A stretch of DNA of 61,728 bases. It comes from Trichinella spiralis. Lineage: Eukaryota. The stretch is taken from positions 4,448,680-4,510,407 of the forward strand of contig NW_003526945.1 in assembly GCF_000181795.1 (NCBI RefSeq), in the 5' to 3' direction. Under the pieces are notes generated by a model. It was not told where the DNA came from, did no database searches, and saw only the letters and a list, made by a program, of their open reading frames with translations. Both the position numbers and the translations under genes were made by a program. How positions within the stretch are numbered: position 1 is the first letter of the stretch; the number at the start of each line of letters is the position of its first letter. Below, piece after piece: positions 54,726 to 61,728 of the stretch.

Positions 54726-55755
54726 AGCATTTTAATTAAAAGCAGCTTGTACTTAGTAGTTATGTACAAAATTTGAAAAAAAAAACATTTCCACTTAACG
54801 TACGATATTAACTTAAAATTCAGGTTAAACTTAACATACCTGTGCGCATTTTTCATTTTATTTTTTGTGCTTACTGAAAATTTTTGCAACGCCATGCGTT
54901 CACAACTGTTTGTCTGGGCATTGACTTGCAAAAGTTTGCAACATTACGGATATGATCTTGTTAAATGTTAAAATTGCCGCCAAGGAGTCATGAGATGAAC
55001 ACTGCAATCGATTTACACACTCTTCCCAAATAGCATTTATGCGCTTTGAAAAGCATGCATTTTAATCTGGGAAAAATAATTCCATCAAAAAACTGGAATA
55101 TGTTTTCAAGCAGAAGTATGCTTTTTTTCTAGATTTACTATTTTCTACAAACTTACGACATAAACGGAGAAGATTCAACTGTTGATTACTGATTTTATTT
55201 GAATAATTAAGGCAATCGAAAACAAGCAGCAAATCGATTAGCAGCATTGGTAATAATATGATTGCAACAGTATGAGATTAAATTGGTCAGAGTATCTTGC
55301 AATGTGATCTTTTACAAAATTGAATATTCTTTTGAAATTTTCGAATTTGAAAACTTTGATAACATTTATACGAGCATCTTTGAAAGGATTCAGTGGATTT
55401 TTTATAAATTTATAAAAAAATAAATTATGAATGAATGTAAATTAGATGAGACGTTCAGTCACTGAACGGATATTCGAATGTGAGATTTTCAAGCAATTAC
55501 ACGATTCAATTATAATTTTCGCATGAATCTGTAGTTGCACAATGCCATCGACAATTTAAATTTACGCTACTTTTTCCCGTAAAGTTACGCTTCAACTTTA
55601 AAATGCACTACCGAACTGCAATAAAGTAAAATGTTTAAAGTTTAAAATAAATTAAAAGTGACTACTTAAAAAACGGATTGTTTAAAGTGAGTGTAATTTG
55701 ACGTGCAGTGAAAAATTATTTATTATTCTGGGTTTACACTTGCAATAGAATAACC

Positions 55756-56988
55756 ATGTCAAATGCGATTAATGATCAACCGCAAATAGTGAATTTGGAA
55801 ATCGGCAGTACTTTTGAAAATCGTTGGAAAGTATTATCCAAATTAGGAGAAGGTCAATTTGGTGCTGTTTATTGCGTTCAGGACTTGAAAAGACGCGGAA
55901 AGCATTATGCACTGAAGGTAAGCTTTGCATTTTCGGGGTCTTGCATCATCAGTTTTAATTTCAGTTTGCTAATTTGAATAATTTTTCTGATCTATATGCT
56001 TATTATATCTTTTTTGTTTTTTGATTGTTAACATAACTGTTATCCAATTTTAGGTAGAGCAAAGGAACCAGAGTAATGCAGTATTAAAAATGGATACTTT
56101 GGTATTGTTGAAACTGCGTGGTAACCACCACGTGTGTCGGTTCATTCGATGTGGTAGAAATGAAACAATGAATTATTTGGTGATGGCACTTGTTGGCTCA
56201 AACATGGATGTATTAAGGAAATCCATGCCTGAAAAGCGATTTTCTCTTGGTACAGTATGCAAAATTGCAATTCAGTGCACTAGAGCGTTAAGAGATATAC
56301 ATATGGCTGGCTTTGTACACAGAGACATAAAGCCAGCCAACATCGCTGTGGGAATCAATTCGGAAAGAAATGTAATTAAAATATTAGATTTTGGTTTAGC
56401 TCGAAAATTCCGTGATGGTGATGGAGTCATTCGTCCACCTCGTGATAAACCAGGCTTTAGGGGAACCGTGCTGTATGCTTCAATTAACGCACATAACGAT
56501 CTTGAGTTGGGCCGCCAGGATGATCTTCTTTCAACTTATTATACACTTATAGAATTTCTGAATGGTTCACTGACTTGGGAAAATTGCGCTACAGTTGAAG
56601 AAGTGCTGCATGCAAAAGAACAAATGGTAAGATAGCATTAAAATTCTTTGTTTTTTCAATGTAAATAAATATTGTCCTTTAAATACATAATTAAAGTAAC
56701 GGAACCGTATTGAATAGTGAAATGTTGAATAAATTATAATATTGAACAATTTGATACAACAATTTGGTAAATTTTCAGCCAAAAGTTTGGAATGAACAAC
56801 TACCAAAACCGCTTAATGACATTTATAAACACTTGGAAACATTAGATTATCACACTGAACCGAATTACAGTTGGATCGTGAGTCAATTCAAGCAATGTGC
56901 GATTGAAAACGACATAAATCTGAATGATCCTTTCGATTGGAATAAGACCACACAAGAAGGCGATATGAATTCCAAAAGTATTCTTTAA
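55756..56988 (+). CDS. Tau-tubulin kinase-like / CK1-superfamily Ser/Thr kinase; exons 55756-55917, 56054-56626, 56779-56988
   Basis: LGEGQFGAVY, YALKVE, HRDIKPAN, DFGLARKF, FRGTVLYASINAH, LGRQDDL, LDYHTEPNY..DPFDW. Confidence 0.92.
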
Positions 56989-57238
56989 CTTACATATCAG
57001 TGGTTATTTACAAATTATATCTCATTCATTAGTAGTTGAGAAATACCTGACAATTAAACTAATAAATGAAACTATAATAACTAATAACTAAATCTATAAT
57101 ATAAACTATAATAAACTAAATATACTAATAACTAAATCATGTATACTTGAAAAGTTGTTATGTGCAATGACTATTTTACCAAAATTAGTTGCTCTGCAGT
57201 GGGCATGCGTGTTTCTGTGTGATATAGTTTGGTTAGTA

Positions 57239-58588
57239 GGCTTTTTAGCCAGCGCTGTTTGCAGTTTTAATTACAAAACCTTATGAAAAATTGTCCTAGT
57301 TATAGCTGTCGTTTTACATACATTTAAATGATATTTAACTGTTTTGTTAAAATATTACTAAACATTTACATATTTGACAAAATGCTACAAATAAATTTGC
57401 ATGTCACATTTTACTGTCAAACAAAAAATTCCCGTAAATTGTTCATGTAAACCTAGCATTAATTAACACGTGGTTTATTCATATTTATGATGTCATTAAC
57501 AATTACAACAAACGGTAAATTAATCAAGAAATTATGGAAGTGCAAGAACGAACATAAACGACTGGAAGTGAATGCAACATCCAGTGGAATAAGCAAGAAA
57601 TTATGGACTAAGGGAAGCGGCAAAAACACTGCAGTGTAGCAAGAAACAAAGGAAAATCGTTAACTGGCAGAATTCTTTCTGAACAATAACTACTCGGCTT
57701 TGTTCATTATTGTGAGACATTGCGAGTGTAATTTCACGAATTACACAGCATAACACTGTCAATGCATTTCTCAACTGGGGGAATGTTTGACAATTAACTG
57801 ACTGAACGTACTGTGAATAAAGCTGCTGAAAGATCGCAATTAAGTAAACCTACACTCATTTGTACTAAAACATGAAGAAACGTTTGCATTCAAAAGTTGC
57901 AGCGGTTTTTGTTGTAAAGTATCAGTAGACGCAGCGAATTACTCAACTGATAACTTAATTTTCAGAATAATACTACGGTAGCGCACCATATTTCGAGTTT
58001 AGTGGCTTGATATGCTCGTGCGCTATTTTCTCGCTTGTGTGTGTGTGCTTAGTTTAGCTTGTATGTTATCAGTGTTTATGTCAGTGCCGTGGCTAACAAA
58101 TAGCGTGCTATAACGCTCCCTTGGTTTATCACTGCGTCGAGAAGCCAACAATTGAGCATGCTTTTAATTATTGAGCAGTATTGTTTTTCCACTTATTATT
58201 TTTTGAAATGGTGTATACACGTTTTGAGAACAACACCTTCAATTAAAGAACAATCGCTTGTTACAGTTGAAAATTCAATTCTAAATTTATTGGGTTTTTG
58301 TAACTTTGACTGTATGATAAAACGAACATTTGATTTTGATGTTTAGCTATTTCTTTCACAGATATGAAGAAGGAAGACAAGAAAACGTGAAGTCGCTGAT
58401 GACCCGAAGCAGAACTGAATCCTAATGGTGAATGCAGTTGCCTGTGGATTCTCGTTCTGTAATTTTTGTCTATTGAAACTTCGAGACAATCTATGTAGCT
58501 GTATCCGTTAGTTTAGTTGGCTTTTTAGCCAGCGCTGTTTGCAGTTTTATTTACAAAACTTTATGAAAAATTGTCCTAGTTATAGCTG
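57239..58588. repeat. Dispersed 70-bp direct repeat (57239-57308 and 58519-58588)
   Basis: ggctttttagccagcgctgtttgcagtttta.ttacaaaac.ttatgaaaaattgtcctagttatagctg occurs twice with 2 mismatches, 1280 bp apart. Confidence 0.9.
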
Positions 58589-59374
58589 AGTCGTTTTCCA
58601 GAAATTGTATGCCAAATATTTACTGAAGTGCTACTTGCTTGGTTTTGAGTTTCAGTTGCAGTAATTGTTGCCCAACGGTGTGTGACTATTGATCATCTGC
58701 TGTTTTCAGTGGAAGGACGCACTTGGAAGCGGTTAAGTGACTCAGAGACAGCCGGGTGGCAACGGAATAGCTGTTGAAAGTTGACGCCCCCTGCTGAAGC
58801 TTTGTAGCACTGCCGACGTCCAATGATGCAGGTTATTCTGGCTGCCACAGTGATTCCGGTGCCTAGTACTCCAGCGGAAGAGGATATTTTGCGTGGTCAT
58901 TGCTCATCGAATGGATCGATGGTTCAAAGCGCTACGAATATGTTGTCGAAGATAATTATGAATAGGGTGAAGAAGATGAAGAGTGTGCCGAAGAATGACG
59001 ACGACCAGGGCTTATGTAGAGACTTTTCCAGTGGAAAGTACGTTGAAGTGGCAGTGAAAGCGACAAAGATAGATCAGGAGAAAAGGGATATAAAGGAAAT
59101 TGCGCAACATTCGAGAAGAGATGATCAGAATATGATGATGACAATCGCGGTCACGAAAACGACACCACGACTGGTATTTATGAAGCACTGTTACAATATA
59201 TCATGATTCATTTGCAAAATCATATGAGACGTTTGCAGCGGGAAACTGCAGCAGAATATTGCTTCTAGTTGGTTGTGGAGATTGTTCGGTGGAAGGCACG
59301 AACGAAATAAATAGCCCTGAGGTTGCCCCATAGGAAATTTGCCGATCTGTAAGTTTCTTTAAACCTAACCACTG

Positions 59375-61728
59375 TGTGTGAATTTCAGTAAGTGAAACAT
59401 TTTTGACATTTTAATAAAATATTCGTTCAGAATTGGTTGAAAAGTGAATGAAAACTTAAATTTATTAAGTTTCTACTAATTTACGTATTCTAACAACGAG
59501 TTGAATTGAATTTAACAAATTACTGCGGTCGAATATTCAATAACAATTGCAAATCAAAACAGTGATATTGCATACCTAACTTTGTAGGACAGCAAGCATT
59601 TCATGGAATTCCACCCTAATTTCATCGTTATTATAAAGTAAGCTTTTTCCTGATGCCAAATGAATGGCTACTTTAATATACATTCACGAAGTAACAATGA
59701 TGGCATGCCGCTCAGGATAAATAGCCTTAAGTGTAGTAGCCAAAAGTAAAAATTAATTTCGAATGCAACGACATTCTATAAAATCATAATTCATCAGAAA
59801 CTAATGGGCTTATGCTTGATATTTATACGAAGCTTTAGAAGAAATTACCTATGAGATAAGTAAAACTAATTCTACGCTTCTAAATAAGCGCGAGGAATTA
59901 CAGAATGCCATGTTGAAAAGTGCAAACAATATTCTGTCAATTGAAGGTATGTAAATATTCAATAACATGCAATAAATAATTTTTTGAGAAATTTTAATCT
60001 CGGTTTGCCGGCTTCAGCATTTCACATATATAATAGAGAAAAACTGGCCTATTGCATGAAAATATCTTTGAAAAAGATAATTTTACTATCATCCTTATCT
60101 TTCAATTGTAATCAAACAAAACAAGCAGTAAATAACGGTTTTTAATTTTTAAAAGACTGTTTGCATAAATGAAAATCAGGAACAAATCCTATTAAAATAA
60201 ATTCCTTTTTTCGGGTGAAAACATTGGAAGTTCCGATGTAAAAATTAATGAAATCATTTAATTTGAAGATTTATTTATCTTTTGTTTTCCATTCCTTTTT
60301 ATTTCGACTCCGTTAAAATCTTATTTTGGTTTCACTTTTTTTATATATCTCAACAAATACCCAATCAGGAGCTGTCGGTATAATTTTATAATAGTTAGCG
60401 AATAAACTCTACCGATATAAATCAATTGCATTAATTTTTGGAGAAAAAAATTTTTCTCAAAAATTGAAAAATTTCATGGGCTATAGACTCGATTGTTTTT
60501 GCGAAAATCGGCGGAAAAGGTTTTTCCAATGTTTTTTCTGATTTTTACAATTTTCTATTGATGAAAGTTAGTGTTTTGGAATTTTTGACTTTAAAATGTC
60601 TAGTAGTTGTGGAATTTCTGCACATGATACATTTTTGGCCTGTTTCTGCACATGATACATTTTGGCGTCGAATCTATTCGATTTCCAAAAATATTTTTTT
60701 ACGATAAATTTAATTGACTTTCTGAAATTTCAGCTGTTAAATTATCATTGATTGCTGCGAATCAAAACGAAATGTGTTTCAACGTTGTGTGTTTACTTTC
60801 CTAAAAAGTAAACATTTCATTGCATCCAATCCCGTTTAACATTTTTGTCATTGATTAAGCTCCTTATATATCCCACGTGTGGGTATTTGAATTTACTTTT
60901 GCTAAGTAACAACGATGCAATGGCGATTTGCATAATTAGCATGGTATATGGTCGCCCAGAGTTGAAATTCATTACAATTGCTATGAAATGAAATAAATTC
61001 ACAACTGATGTCAAATGATTAGGCTCATGCATGGTATTTATTCGAAACTTAATAGAAATTTACCAGTATGTACAATGGAAATTATTCCTGGTATCTCAGA
61101 AACTACGGATTATTGTAAAAGCAATAGCAAAGCAATTTTGTGCCAATTAAAGGTATGTAAACTTTAAGTAACCCGCAATCGATGACTGTTTAAGAAATTT
61201 GATAAAAATGACGGTGTGAGCATTTGGAATTTTTAGAAAAAAAAAGACTGGCATATTGCACGAAAATATATTTGTAATCTGATAATTTTTGACAATTTCT
61301 ATATCATAATTGCAGTCAATGAATAAATTCAGTTAACACAGGTTTTTAATTTTAATTGATGGGTTCCGTGGTAAAAATTAATGGAACCATACCATATTCC
61401 CATTTACTTAATTTTCAATTTTCATTCCTTTTTATATTGACTTGGTAAAAATCCTGTTTTATGCTTCACTTTTTTGCGTATATCACAAGAAATACGCAAT
61501 TATGAGGTGTCTGGAAACGAGTATAGTAGTTAGCGGATAATTCTATACCGATATAAATTTGTTGCCTTAAATTTTGTTGAATGAAACTTTTCTCTAAAAA
61601 TGCAAAATTTCATGGGCTATAGACTTGGTTGTTTTTGTGAAAATCGGCGAAAATTTTGTTTTCAAAATTTCGACTTGTTTTTGAATGTTATACTTTTATA
61701 TTGATAAAAGATAGTGTTTTCTACAGTT
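59375..61728. repeat. Diverged ~1.2-kb tandem duplication (~59375-60600 and ~60605 to window end)
   Basis: Collinear shared blocks: aagtaacaa.gatg, caatt.aaggtatgtaaa, actggc.tattgca.gaaaatat, tagttagcg.ataa, taccgatataaat, aaaatttcatgggctatagact.g.ttgtttttg.gaaaatcggcg. Confidence 0.88.

Noticed and set aside
57055..57140. aactaata/aactataat repeats
   Set aside because: Low-complexity AT sequence behind the kinase stop codon, with no regular unit.

Overview
Eukaryotic, AT-rich genomic DNA with many short GT-AG introns. Gene content and intron style suggest a nematode, probably clade I / Trichinella-like (inference). About 13 protein-coding genes could be rebuilt by hand, in order: an unidentified gene running off the left edge, a divergent CDK1/2-type kinase, DEAD-box helicase DDX27/DRS1, intronless ATG14, DNAJB11/ERdj3, an intronless AdipoR/PAQR with a perfect 138-bp internal duplication, an ACOT8/TesB thioesterase lacking catalytic residues, an SLC18B1-like MFS transporter, SH3BGR, PHACTR, an N-acylation-type globin, a head-to-head pair of paralogous Cys-rich secreted proteins, and a TTBK/CK1-like kinase. 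Notable non-coding structure: an ~860-bp MITE-like element whose CCAAT-rich inverted repeat lies 38 bp upstream of the CDK start codon, an inverted GCTGACGT pair upstream of DNAJB11, a hairpin upstream of PAQR, a ~62-bp minisatellite, and a diverged ~1.2-kb tandem duplication at the right end. No rRNA, tRNA or CRISPR was recognised. All exon boundaries and homologies were read by eye, without database searches.
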